Below are positions 27,542 through 36,998 of a DNA stretch of 64,000 nucleotides, piece after piece. This stretch comes from an uncultured Terracidiphilus sp. (GTDB taxonomy: Bacteria > Acidobacteriota > Terriglobia > Terriglobales > Acidobacteriaceae). Made by a program: the position numbers and the translations under genes. A model generated the notes under the pieces. It saw only the letters and a program-made list of their open reading frames with translations, did not search any database and was not told the DNA's origin. Positions within the stretch are counted from its first letter, which is position 1; each line of letters begins with the position of its first letter. The stretch lies in assembly GCA_964585715.1 (NCBI GenBank), contig CAZPEZ010000004.1:11727-75726 (forward strand), in the 5' to 3' direction.

Positions 27542-29371
27542 ATGGTTCCGACTTTCGCCTCGGGAGAATCCGTGTCCAGAAAAACTCTCTGCCTGCTCGC
27601 GCTCGCTGTACTTTCCTTGCAACCTGCAGTCCTTTTAGGTCAGTTGGCCGCACCGCAGGTGCTCGCCGATATGGTCTTCGAGCGCAACGTCGCGATGAAG
27701 ACCCGCGATGGCGTCACCCTCAAGGCCGACATCTATAGTCCCGACGGCGAAGGAACCTTCCCGGTCCTGTTGCAGCGCACGCCTTACAACAAAGACAACG
27801 CCGCCGACTTTGCGCGCCATGCCGTAGCCCGCGGCTTCATGGTTGTCGTGCAGGATGTCCGTGGCCGCTATACATCCGAAGGCGAGTGGTACACCTTCAA
27901 CCACGAGATCGACGATGGCTACGACACCGTGGAGTGGGCTGCCGCGCTGCCGCACTCCAATGGCAAAGTCGGCATGTTCGGCGGATCGTACGTGGGCGCG
28001 ACGCAGATGCTCGCCGCCATCGGCCATCCACCGCATCTCGCCGGCATCTGCCCGGTGGTCACCGCGTCGAACTATCACGAGAACTGGACCTACCAGGGCG
28101 GCGCATTCGAGCAGTGGTTCAACGAGTCGTGGGGCTCCGGCCTCGCGCAGGACACCTTCGACCATCGCATCCACAACGACACCAACGCTCTGGTCGGCGA
28201 TTCAGTTCTGCCGTTGAACAACTATCCGATGTTCAACATCCAGCCGATCGCCAGCGGTTCGCAACTCACCCATGAACTCGCGCCCTACTTCCTCGACTGG
28301 CTTGCCCACCCCACCTACGACAGCTATTGGAAGCAGTGGTCGATCGAAGAGAACTACGGCAACATCCAGGTTCCGGCGCTGACCATCGCTGCGTGGTACG
28401 ACATCTTCCAGGGCGGTTCGATGCGCAACTATCTCGGGTTGAAGGAACATGCAGGGAGTGAAGCTGCACGAAGTGCCCAGCGTCTTCTGGTCACGATCGG
28501 CGGGCACGCCGGCGGCGGACGCAAGATCGGCGAAGTCGACTTCGGTGCGAGCGCTGCGGATTACGACGAGAATGCGCTCACCCTCGACTGGTACGACTAT
28601 CTTTTCCTCGGCAAGCAGAACCAGTTTGCCGATGCTTCTCATCCGGTGCGCATCTTCGTGATGGGCAAGAACGAGTGGCGCAACGAAGCAGCCTGGCCCC
28701 TGGCGCGCGCGAAAGAAACCTCCTTCTTCCTGAGCTCCGGAGGCAAAGCCAATACTGCATCCGGAGACGGCTCGCTGGTCGCCGCGAAGCCCACAAAGGG
28801 TGCGCCCGATACGTTCGTTTACGATCCGGCCAACCCTGTGCCAACCGTGGGCGGCCCGCTCTGCTGCGACCCGGTGCACCTCGGGCCCGGACCCCGCGAC
28901 CAAAAGAATGTTGAAGCCCGTTCCGATGTGCTGGTCTACTCCACTCCCGTGCTCCAGGAAGATATCGAGGTCACCGGCCCCGTGACGCTCGACCTCTTCG
29001 CCAAATCGTCAGCGGTCGACACGGACTTCACCGCGAAGCTCGTCGATGTCGGTCCGGATGGATTCGCTCAGAACCTGACCGAGGGCATTTTGCGGGCAAG
29101 TTTTCGTGAATCGACCCAAGGCGAGCCCAAGCCGATCGTGCCAGGGCAGGTATACGACTATAAGATCGATCTCTGGTCTACGAGCAACGTCTTCCTCAAG
29201 GGCCACCGCATCCGGCTCGAAGTCTCGTCGAGCAACTTCCCGCGTTTCGACCGCAACCTGAACACAGGCAAACGCGCGGCCGACAGCTCCGATTTCGTGA
29301 AGGCGACCAACTCCATCCTGCATGACAGCGAGCACCCGAGTGCGCTGGTGTTGCCGGTGGTGCCGCAGTAA
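27542..29371 (+). CDS. CocE/NonD-family hydrolase, exported
   Basis: RDGVTLKADIY, RTPY, QDVRGR, GGSYVG nucleophile motif, SSSNFPRFDRN. Confidence 0.92.
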   Translation: MVPTFASGESVSRKTLCLLALAVLSLQPAVLLGQLAAPQVLADMVFERNVAMKTRDGVTLKADIYSPDGEGTFPVLLQRTPYNKDNAADFARHAVARGFMVVVQDVRGRYTSEGEWYTFNHEIDDGYDTVEWAAALPHSNGKVGMFGGSYVGATQMLAAIGHPPHLAGICPVVTASNYHENWTYQGGAFEQWFNESWGSGLAQDTFDHRIHNDTNALVGDSVLPLNNYPMFNIQPIASGSQLTHELAPYFLDWLAHPTYDSYWKQWSIEENYGNIQVPALTIAAWYDIFQGGSMRNYLGLKEHAGSEAARSAQRLLVTIGGHAGGGRKIGEVDFGASAADYDENALTLDWYDYLFLGKQNQFADASHPVRIFVMGKNEWRNEAAWPLARAKETSFFLSSGGKANTASGDGSLVAAKPTKGAPDTFVYDPANPVPTVGGPLCCDPVHLGPGPRDQKNVEARSDVLVYSTPVLQEDIEVTGPVTLDLFAKSSAVDTDFTAKLVDVGPDGFAQNLTEGILRASFRESTQGEPKPIVPGQVYDYKIDLWSTSNVFLKGHRIRLEVSSSNFPRFDRNLNTGKRAADSSDFVKATNSILHDSEHPSALVLPVVPQ

Positions 29372-29375
29372 ATCG

Positions 29376-30878
29376 CTACCCCACCGTCTGCTTCGCCGCT
29401 GCCGCTACAGCGACGATCTCCTTCGCCGCCGCCCGTCCCAACCGAATGCAGTCGGATATGCCGATCCCGTCGTAGGCATTGCCGGCAAGCTTCAGTCCCG
29501 GCAGCTCGGCCACGCGCTCTTCGATCCTGGCGATGCGTTCCTGATGTCCGACTGCATACTGCGCCATGGCGCGCCGCCAGCGTGAGACCTTGGTGTGTTC
29601 GGGCCTGGCGTCGCGGGGCACGATTTCCTCTCCGAGAATCTGCGTCAGCTCGCGCCGTACCGCAGCAATCAGGGCCTCATCGCTCTCGGTCATCAACGAT
29701 TCATTCTTCATGCCGCCGAGAAAGGCCCGCAGGACGACCTTGCCCGTGGGCGTACGCCCCAGAAACTTGCGATGGACAAACGTGCACGCCAGCATTGCTC
29801 GGCACTCGCTCGCCGGGACGAGGAAGCCGAACCCCTCGGGCAGGTCGCCCAGCTGATCTTCGTCGTAGAGGAGATTGATGGTGATCGACGACGAGTAGGG
29901 AATTGCGGCCAGCTCCTCGCTCAACTCCGGATCGACCCCCGCCAGCATCGCGCCTGCAGCCCAGGCAGGCGAAGCAACAATCACCGCGTCATAATTCCCC
30001 GTCGATCCGTCGGCACTCACTCTCCAGCCATCGGAGGTTCTTTCCAGCGCATCCACCGCCGTCGCGCGCCGGATCCAGTTCGCTTCGAGCGTCGCTTCGA
30101 CTGCATCCACCATCTGCTGCATGCCGCCGCGCAGCGTGGTAAATATGGCGCGCGGTCCGCGCCTGGCTTGTGCGCCTGGACCCTGCCCTGCGCTTTGCGA
30201 CGCCGCGCCCCCCGGTCCGGCTTTCTGAGCAGCCGCCATCTTCGCGCGCATCTGCCTGTGCGCTGCTAATATGCCCCGTGTGAGCGAGCCGTACTTCGCT
30301 TCCATCTCCACCATCTTGGGCAGCACCGTGCGCGCGCTTAGTTGCGTTGCATCGCCGCCGAAGATGCCCGACAACAACGGATCGGCGAGCCGATCGACAG
30401 CCTCCGGGCCAAAGTGCCGCTCGACTAAAGCAGCAACGGATTCGTCTTTGTCGCTTGGCCGCGGCGGATGCAGCAGTTCCAGCCCCATGCGAATCTTCGT
30501 TCCCAGGCTGAACAAACGCGTTGTCGCCGTGGGGATCAGCTTGGTGGGAACAAGAAACATCAGCCCGTCGGGCAGCGGTACCAGCCGATTGCGCACCACA
30601 ACAAAGGTCTTGCGCTCGGCGTCGTTCGAAGGCGTGAGCTGATCGGCCAGTCCCAGCTCGCGGCACAGTTCTGCCGCTGCTGGCTTCTCCGACAAGAACG
30701 AGTCGGGACCATACTCCAGTACTGCGCCATTCACGATCTCCGAAGACAGCGATCCGCCCAGTCGCGCCCGCGACTCAAACAGCGTGTATTCGATCTCGGC
30801 GCCGGCCGCCCGAGCCTTTTCGAGCTCATACGCAGCCGCCAGTCCAGCAATGCCTCCACCGATGATCGCTGTCCGCAT
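29376..30878 (-). CDS. hemY: HemY-type proto-/coproporphyrinogen oxidase
   Basis: IIGGGIAGL, EYGPDSF, GFGFLVP, AMAQYAVGH, AGNAYDGIGISDCI. Confidence 0.92.
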   Translation of the reverse strand: MRTAIIGGGIAGLAAAYELEKARAAGAEIEYTLFESRARLGGSLSSEIVNGAVLEYGPDSFLSEKPAAAELCRELGLADQLTPSNDAERKTFVVVRNRLVPLPDGLMFLVPTKLIPTATTRLFSLGTKIRMGLELLHPPRPSDKDESVAALVERHFGPEAVDRLADPLLSGIFGGDATQLSARTVLPKMVEMEAKYGSLTRGILAAHRQMRAKMAAAQKAGPGGAASQSAGQGPGAQARRGPRAIFTTLRGGMQQMVDAVEATLEANWIRRATAVDALERTSDGWRVSADGSTGNYDAVIVASPAWAAGAMLAGVDPELSEELAAIPYSSSITINLLYDEDQLGDLPEGFGFLVPASECRAMLACTFVHRKFLGRTPTGKVVLRAFLGGMKNESLMTESDEALIAAVRRELTQILGEEIVPRDARPEHTKVSRWRRAMAQYAVGHQERIARIEERVAELPGLKLAGNAYDGIGISDCIRLGRAAAKEIVAVAAAAKQTVG

Positions 30879-30990
30879 CGTTCCCTCGCCCCACTCGGGG
30901 AAGTCTAAACAACTGGTCGTGCTGGCCGAGTCCCTCAGCATGGTAATTGGAAGCCCCTGCGTCAGGATCGACCTTGGTTCGGCGGACGCA

Positions 30991-31006
30991 TGTGATTTAA
31001 ATCACA
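30991..31006. promoter_or_regulatory. CRP/FNR-family binding site between divergent hemY and cydA
   Basis: Perfect palindrome TGTGATTTAAATCACA. Confidence 0.75.
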
Positions 31007-31129
31007 CCGAAACCGCAGCGCTGGCTCATAGCATATATCCCGGCACGGACATTCCCTTGGTTGCATTCATCTGCACGCCACCGTGCATTAGCTGGATAGG
31101 TCTACGCTTCTTCCTGCAGGAGGTCCCTC

Positions 31130-32479
31130 TTGACTGCCGAAGTGATTCATCGGTTGCACTTTGCTTTCACCGTCACTTTCCACTATCTCTTTCCGCAACT
31201 CACCATGGGCCTGGCGCTGCTCATCGTCGTCTTCAAGACGATTGCCCTGCGGACGGGCAGCGAAGAGTGGGATCGAGCCGGTCGCTTTTGGGGCCGCATC
31301 TTTGGCATCAACTTTGTCTTCGGCGTGGTCACCGGCATCCCCATGGAGTTCGAGTTTGGTACCAACTGGGCACGCTTCTCGCAACTTTCGGGCGGAGTGA
31401 TCGGCCAGCCCTTGGCGATGGAAGGCGTCTTCAGCTTCTTTCTCGAGTCGGCTTTTCTGGGGCTGTTCCTCTACGGCGAGAAACGCCTCTCGAAAACAAT
31501 GCACTGGTTCTCGGCGTTCATGGTCTTTCTCGGTTCCTGGCTGTCGGGGTTCTTCATCATCGTGACCGACGCCTGGATGCAGCATCCCGTAGCGTTCGAC
31601 CGTCTGCCTGATGGCCGCTACCAGGTATTGAGCTTCTGGCAGCTGCTCCTAAATCCATGGGCGCTGTTCCAGTACATGCACAATATGACCGGCGCCGTGG
31701 TCACGGCCAGCTTCGTCGTCGCGGCGACCGGCGCGTTTTATCTATTGGATCGGAGACAGGAGAACTTCGGCCGTCTCTTTCTCAAGGTTGGCGTGATTGC
31801 GGGAGTTCTTTCGACGATCGCCATCATCTTTCCCACCGGCGATCTGCACGGCAAATACGTGGCCCGCAATCAGCCCGCGGCCATCGCCGCCATGGAGGGG
31901 CTCTTCAAGACGGAGGCAGGCGCCGGCATTGTGCTGGTCGGCCAGCCCAACGAAGAGACCGGCCAGATCGACAATCCGATCGTGGTCAACGATGTGTTGA
32001 GCTTTTTGATCTACGGCACGACTCAGGCCGAGGTGAAGGGGCTCGATCAGTTCCCGCGCGACCAGTGGCCTACGGCACTGCCACTGCTCTACTACGCCTA
32101 CCACATCATGGCCGGCCTCGGAACGTACTTTGTCGCTCTGATGCTGCTGGCAGCGTTCCTGCTTTGGCGCCGCAAACTCCATCGCGCCCGCTGGATGCTA
32201 TGGCTGCTGCTGATCAGCTTTCCGCTGCCCTACATCGCCAACACCGCAGGTTGGATGACGGCGGAGATCGGACGGCAGCCCTGGCTGATCTACGGACTGA
32301 TGCGGACCAGCGAGGGGTTTTCTAGTACCGTGTCGGCGGGCAACGGCCTGTTTACTCTGATTGGCTTCATGGGGCTCTACACGCTGCTTGGTCTTCTGTT
32401 TACGGTGCTGGTGTACCGCGAGATCAGCCGCGGCCCGGAAGCCGAAGTGTCCCTCGAAGGAGCGGTTTATGCGGATTGA
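31130..32479 (+). CDS. cydA: cytochrome bd oxidase subunit I
   Basis: FHYLFP, GVVTGIPMEFEFGTNW, EGVFSFFLES, GWMTAEIGRQPW; TTG start after AGGAGG. Confidence 0.95.
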   Translation: MTAEVIHRLHFAFTVTFHYLFPQLTMGLALLIVVFKTIALRTGSEEWDRAGRFWGRIFGINFVFGVVTGIPMEFEFGTNWARFSQLSGGVIGQPLAMEGVFSFFLESAFLGLFLYGEKRLSKTMHWFSAFMVFLGSWLSGFFIIVTDAWMQHPVAFDRLPDGRYQVLSFWQLLLNPWALFQYMHNMTGAVVTASFVVAATGAFYLLDRRQENFGRLFLKVGVIAGVLSTIAIIFPTGDLHGKYVARNQPAAIAAMEGLFKTEAGAGIVLVGQPNEETGQIDNPIVVNDVLSFLIYGTTQAEVKGLDQFPRDQWPTALPLLYYAYHIMAGLGTYFVALMLLAAFLLWRRKLHRARWMLWLLLISFPLPYIANTAGWMTAEIGRQPWLIYGLMRTSEGFSSTVSAGNGLFTLIGFMGLYTLLGLLFTVLVYREISRGPEAEVSLEGAVYAD

Positions 32480-32521
32480 CAGGGGCGAAACGGGACGAGC
32501 ACGCGGGAAGGGGAGTCGCGC

Positions 32522-33559
32522 ATGATGGGTTTTCTCTGGTTCTGGTTAGTCGCAGTCATGATCGTCGGCTACGTCGTCCTCGATGGCTTCGACCTTGGCG
32601 TTGGTGTGCTGCATCTCTTCCTGGTACGCACAGAACAGGAGCGGCAGGTTTCTCTGCGCTCCATCGGCCCGGTGTGGGACGGCAACGAGGTCTGGCTGCT
32701 TGCCGGAGGCGGTACGCTCTACTTTGCGTTTCCACTTCTCTATGCCTCGGCCTTCTCGGGCTTCTATCTGCCGCTCATGATCGTGCTGTGGCTGCTGGTG
32801 CTGCGGGGCATCAGCCTGGAGTTGCGTAACCACATCGACGTCGGCGTGTGGCGCGCGCTGCTGGACGGCGTATTCGGCCTCGCCAGTGCGCTGCTGGCCA
32901 TCTTCTATGGTGCCGCCCTGGCCAACGTACTGCGCGGCGTTCCGTTGCAAGCGGACGGCTACTTCTTTCTGCCGTTGTGGACCAACTGGCAGCCGGGGCC
33001 GTCGCCGGGAATTCTCGACTGGTATACGGTCATCGGCGGGCTGGTCGCACTGGTCGCGCTCACGCTGCATGGAGCCCTGTGGCTCATCATCAAGGTCTCC
33101 GGCGATCTGGCGGAGCGCGCTCAGAGCATTGTGAACCCGCTGTGGATTGCCCTGGCGGCGCTTACCGGCGTGAGTTTGCTCGCGACAATTCATGTGCGGC
33201 CGGCAAGCCTCAACAACTATGCAGCCTATCCGGTCACGTACATCGTCCCGGTCGGAGTTGTCGCGTCGTTGATCGCTGTCTTCTTCTGGAACAAGACGGC
33301 GCAGCCGGTGAAGGCTTTTCTCGCGTCAGGCCTCTATCTCTTCTTCATGCTGGCCGGAGCATGCTGGGGCGTGTATCCCACGCTGCTTCCAGCTACGACG
33401 GGGGCAGAACGCGACATTACACTGGCGCGCGCGATCTCGGGTCCGCACACGCTGAGCGTCGGCCTGGCCTGGTGGAGCTTCGGGATGGTCCTGGCTATCG
33501 GCTACACCGTCTTCGTCTATAGTCGCTTTAAGGGCAAGGTAGTCGCGGGCGCACACTGA
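32522..33559 (+). CDS. cydB: cytochrome bd oxidase subunit II
   Basis: LDGFDLGVG, IGPVWDGNEVWL. Confidence 0.95.
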   Translation: MMGFLWFWLVAVMIVGYVVLDGFDLGVGVLHLFLVRTEQERQVSLRSIGPVWDGNEVWLLAGGGTLYFAFPLLYASAFSGFYLPLMIVLWLLVLRGISLELRNHIDVGVWRALLDGVFGLASALLAIFYGAALANVLRGVPLQADGYFFLPLWTNWQPGPSPGILDWYTVIGGLVALVALTLHGALWLIIKVSGDLAERAQSIVNPLWIALAALTGVSLLATIHVRPASLNNYAAYPVTYIVPVGVVASLIAVFFWNKTAQPVKAFLASGLYLFFMLAGACWGVYPTLLPATTGAERDITLARAISGPHTLSVGLAWWSFGMVLAIGYTVFVYSRFKGKVVAGAH

Positions 33560-33628
33560 GCTGGCAATCAGAAAGGCGAGAATCAGCTCTCGGAGATTGG
33601 CTGGCCACTGGACCGATCTCCCGGAAGC

Positions 33629-36043
33629 CTAGGAGACCTTCGCCTGTTCCTTCGTATTCAGGAACATTTCCGATCCGCTGCGATTCCTGCTTGAAAAGAC
33701 CAAATCGGAGAGGAGCGCAAGCAGGTAACAAGCCATTGCGATCACGTAGAGGAACCGAAATCCAAAGTACATCGAGTTATATTCCAGCAAGCCGCCGCAC
33801 ATTGCGCCCAGCAGGTTCATGGCGATCATGCCGGAGACCTGTCCTTTGCTGGCGAGCAGAGTAGAAAAGACAATGCCGGAGAAGAACATCGGCAACGTAA
33901 GCACGACGGCAGTTTCGAAGCGGCCCAGAAGGGTCGAGGTAAACCCACCCGAACCCGAAACATACCAACCTGCGGCCAATGCAGCAAATAAGAAGAGATA
34001 TGGAACGGCCAATCTTCGAATATTGAGCACTTGAACGGCACAATTCCCCAGGAACGCCATAATCAAAATGCCGGCAATCACAATGCCGATCAGTTGCCAG
34101 GTGTTGCCAAAAGTCAGGCCCATCTCCGTGATGCCCTTAGTCTCGATCAACATGAAACCGGCGCCGAGAAAGAAGAACGAGAGGTGCGTGAACTGCGGCC
34201 GTTCCGGCAGGAAATTTGCGGTGAAGAGGAAGGAGAGAGCAAGAACCTGGAACACCATCACCAGGTACGACATGGGGTAGATACGCTGCGGCATGTAGAA
34301 GAAGGGCCAGTCGTCTGTCGATAGGTCGGCGTGCAGGGAGGGATTCGCGTAAAAGGCCGTCTTCTCCGCAAAGCCCGATTCCCTGATCAATTCCTGAGGC
34401 ACGGTCCAACTCGGATCATTCGATTCAAGGAAGATAACCGACTCATCGTAGCGAGTCTCGACACAAACAGGTGGCCGCCCATCAAAAGCCTGTTGCAGCA
34501 TCAGATATATTTTGCGGCCTAAGTTATCCGATAAGATGCTGAACGAGAGTGACAATACTCCGCCGGGCTTCAACCGGGCGCGAGCCTCACGAAGGCCCTC
34601 CAGTGTATAGACGAACGAATCGATACGCACGCTCGACCCCTGACTGAGCAGCGTGTGCGAGTCGAGCAAGCCATAGACGATCATGTCGAACGACTGGTCC
34701 GTGGTCCTGACAAACGAACGGGCATCATTAATGACTGTATGAACCCTGGGGTCGCTGTAGGGTTTTTCGGGGTGGTCCAGCTTGCCAATCAACTGGATGG
34801 CGGGGTCGATCTCGATGGCTTCGACGTGCCTCGCGCCGGAGCGCAGAGCGGCGGCCACGTCGTTGCCCGTGCCGGCTCCCACAACTGCCACATTCGCCAG
34901 TTCCGGATGTGTCCTGTAAGGGAACTCGTAGTAGGTACGAATTCCGGTCCACCGCGTAATTTGCGGACCGGAGAAATCGAAGATGCGTTGGTAGTAGTTG
35001 CCTGCTGCTCGAATCAATGGCAACCCGGTCTCTGGAGTGTGTCCGATTTCCAGGAGTTGGTAGGGGGAGTAGATGCGCGCGGAAGCGGGATCGACCGGCC
35101 AGCTCAAAATGATCGTGCCGAGTATCGTGAAGCAGACCCCGCCGATCATCAAAGCCGGCTTTCGAATCGTGAAGGACAAAAGGGCGACGAAACAGAGGGC
35201 AAACCAAACCAGCGGAGGAGTCCACAGGAAACTTGCCGCGAGCATCAGGAGCACGCCAAGCAGGCTGCCGAGCAAGTTCAACCCATAGGCCCGTAACTTA
35301 GAACGGCGCTCCATCAGCCGGCCGCAAAGCTGGCCGACAGGGACGAAGGTCAAAGCTGTTATCAGGAACATGAGAGCGAGCAGCCCATAGAGGAGGATCG
35401 ACTGTGCCGCATTGCTCGTCCTCCCGCCCATCGTAAGCTGTTCGCGAAACGGGATCACTGTGAGATCGATATCCAGCCCATAACGGACAAATGTCAGAAA
35501 GCCGAACTGCCAGGCGAGGAGTGGAAGAACGATCAAAAGCGGAATGCGGTCTCGACCGGCAAGAGCATAACCCACGCCCAGTCCGATAAAGCAGGCGAGC
35601 AGACTGAAATTCTTATAGAGGGCAATGAACGGAAGAATCGAGGATTGCCACCGGATGATACTGAGTTCAAGAAAGAGGCTGAGGGCCGCGGAAACGAGAA
35701 TCGCAGCATCCGCGTATTTCGCGTCGAATGTTTCCAGAAAATGAGCCTGCTCCTCGGAACTTGCATCAATGAGTGGAGTGCATCGAATCAGCGCGAAATG
35801 GAAAATCTGAGTCGCGATCGTGATCGCGCAGGCGAGCAGGACAAATACGGCTTCAAGCGAGCCTGCTAATGCCTTGCCCGATCGCGCCAAGTCCAACAAG
35901 GGGCGCATGGCGAGAACAATGAAGGTCCCGAGAGCCAGAATCACTAGAACTCGAACCAGCGATCGTGTCATGGGGGATGCCGCAGAGGTCCCAGTGCGCT
36001 TCCTCAGATCATCGATAGGCCGGTCTTCAGTGGGTGTCTTCAT
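33629..36043 (-). CDS. polytopic membrane protein with spermidine-synthase-like SAM-binding domain
   Basis: AYGLNLLGSLLG, SPYQ, VVGAGTGNDV, IEIDP, DARSF, TDDWPFFY, NLLGAMCGG. Confidence 0.8.
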   Translation of the reverse strand: MKTPTEDRPIDDLRKRTGTSAASPMTRSLVRVLVILALGTFIVLAMRPLLDLARSGKALAGSLEAVFVLLACAITIATQIFHFALIRCTPLIDASSEEQAHFLETFDAKYADAAILVSAALSLFLELSIIRWQSSILPFIALYKNFSLLACFIGLGVGYALAGRDRIPLLIVLPLLAWQFGFLTFVRYGLDIDLTVIPFREQLTMGGRTSNAAQSILLYGLLALMFLITALTFVPVGQLCGRLMERRSKLRAYGLNLLGSLLGVLLMLAASFLWTPPLVWFALCFVALLSFTIRKPALMIGGVCFTILGTIILSWPVDPASARIYSPYQLLEIGHTPETGLPLIRAAGNYYQRIFDFSGPQITRWTGIRTYYEFPYRTHPELANVAVVGAGTGNDVAAALRSGARHVEAIEIDPAIQLIGKLDHPEKPYSDPRVHTVINDARSFVRTTDQSFDMIVYGLLDSHTLLSQGSSVRIDSFVYTLEGLREARARLKPGGVLSLSFSILSDNLGRKIYLMLQQAFDGRPPVCVETRYDESVIFLESNDPSWTVPQELIRESGFAEKTAFYANPSLHADLSTDDWPFFYMPQRIYPMSYLVMVFQVLALSFLFTANFLPERPQFTHLSFFFLGAGFMLIETKGITEMGLTFGNTWQLIGIVIAGILIMAFLGNCAVQVLNIRRLAVPYLFLFAALAAGWYVSGSGGFTSTLLGRFETAVVLTLPMFFSGIVFSTLLASKGQVSGMIAMNLLGAMCGGLLEYNSMYFGFRFLYVIAMACYLLALLSDLVFSSRNRSGSEMFLNTKEQAKVS

Positions 36044-36218
36044 TTGTCTCTGAGTTGCCGTTCAATATAGCACTGCATCTACTTTGCGCATCGGCAAGCG
36101 TCGTTCCGTTCAGTACCGAAGTTATCGACTTTCAAATAGGATTTCCGCCAATAGCGCGGGAGAGAATCAGACCAGACAACGCCGCCACGCAAAAAAGCAG
36201 GGAAGAGACAGTGCTCAG

Positions 36219-36926
36219 CTAGCTTTGCCGTGTGTCTCTCCCAGCGTCATGCACGAACCCGGCTGCGATGCCCACAAGCAGAGAGCCCAGCCCAATCACC
36301 AGCAGACCCCAGCAGATGTGCAGCCTTCGTTCCGGGTTCTCGACGCCGGGCACATAGCCTGCGATGGCAATCTCAAGCACGGCCAGCGCCGGCAGCGCAA
36401 ATAGCACGAGACCTCCGAGCCACAGCTTGCCGAACCTGGCGCGGGCAGATTTTGACAGAAATCGGCTTGGCCATTTCGGCGGCTTGTGAATCCCTAACGA
36501 CACAGCCCAGGCCAGAGTGAAGAAGACAACCTGCGCCACGCCGCCGCCCGAAAGAAACAACAGAATAAAGAGCAGAAGGAAGACCGCACTTCCATGTTTG
36601 CGGTCGACAAACCAAAGCGACCAGACAACGATGACCAGGCTGATCGCGATTGCGACCACTCCGCTGGCAAGAAAATTGGGAATCAATGTGAATGCGTCTT
36701 CTGTTCCATACGGCCACATCTGCTGGTGCGGCCCAATGGAACGGATGAAAAGCCCCGGCGTCGGAGTGTTGCCTTGCAGAGTTTCAAAGAGGCCGTGATT
36801 GAGTCCACTCACCGCAAACAGAACGCCGAGGGTGGAGACAATGGCGCGGGCGGCGTTGATGGGGGCTGGCAAAACCGGAGGCGCCGGGAACGGCTCCTCC
36901 CGAGAAGAATCTTTCGCACGAGGCAT
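36219..36926 (-). CDS. hypothetical membrane protein
   Basis: Several TM segments; HGLFETLQGN, FTLIPNF. Confidence 0.7.
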   Translation of the reverse strand: MPRAKDSSREEPFPAPPVLPAPINAARAIVSTLGVLFAVSGLNHGLFETLQGNTPTPGLFIRSIGPHQQMWPYGTEDAFTLIPNFLASGVVAIAISLVIVVWSLWFVDRKHGSAVFLLLFILLFLSGGGVAQVVFFTLAWAVSLGIHKPPKWPSRFLSKSARARFGKLWLGGLVLFALPALAVLEIAIAGYVPGVENPERRLHICWGLLVIGLGSLLVGIAAGFVHDAGRDTRQS

Positions 36927-36998
36927 TTCGTTTACCTCAATTGCGCGTCGAGGATATCGCGCAGCACACGTTGCGAACGTGAAAATCGCTCGCCGTAT

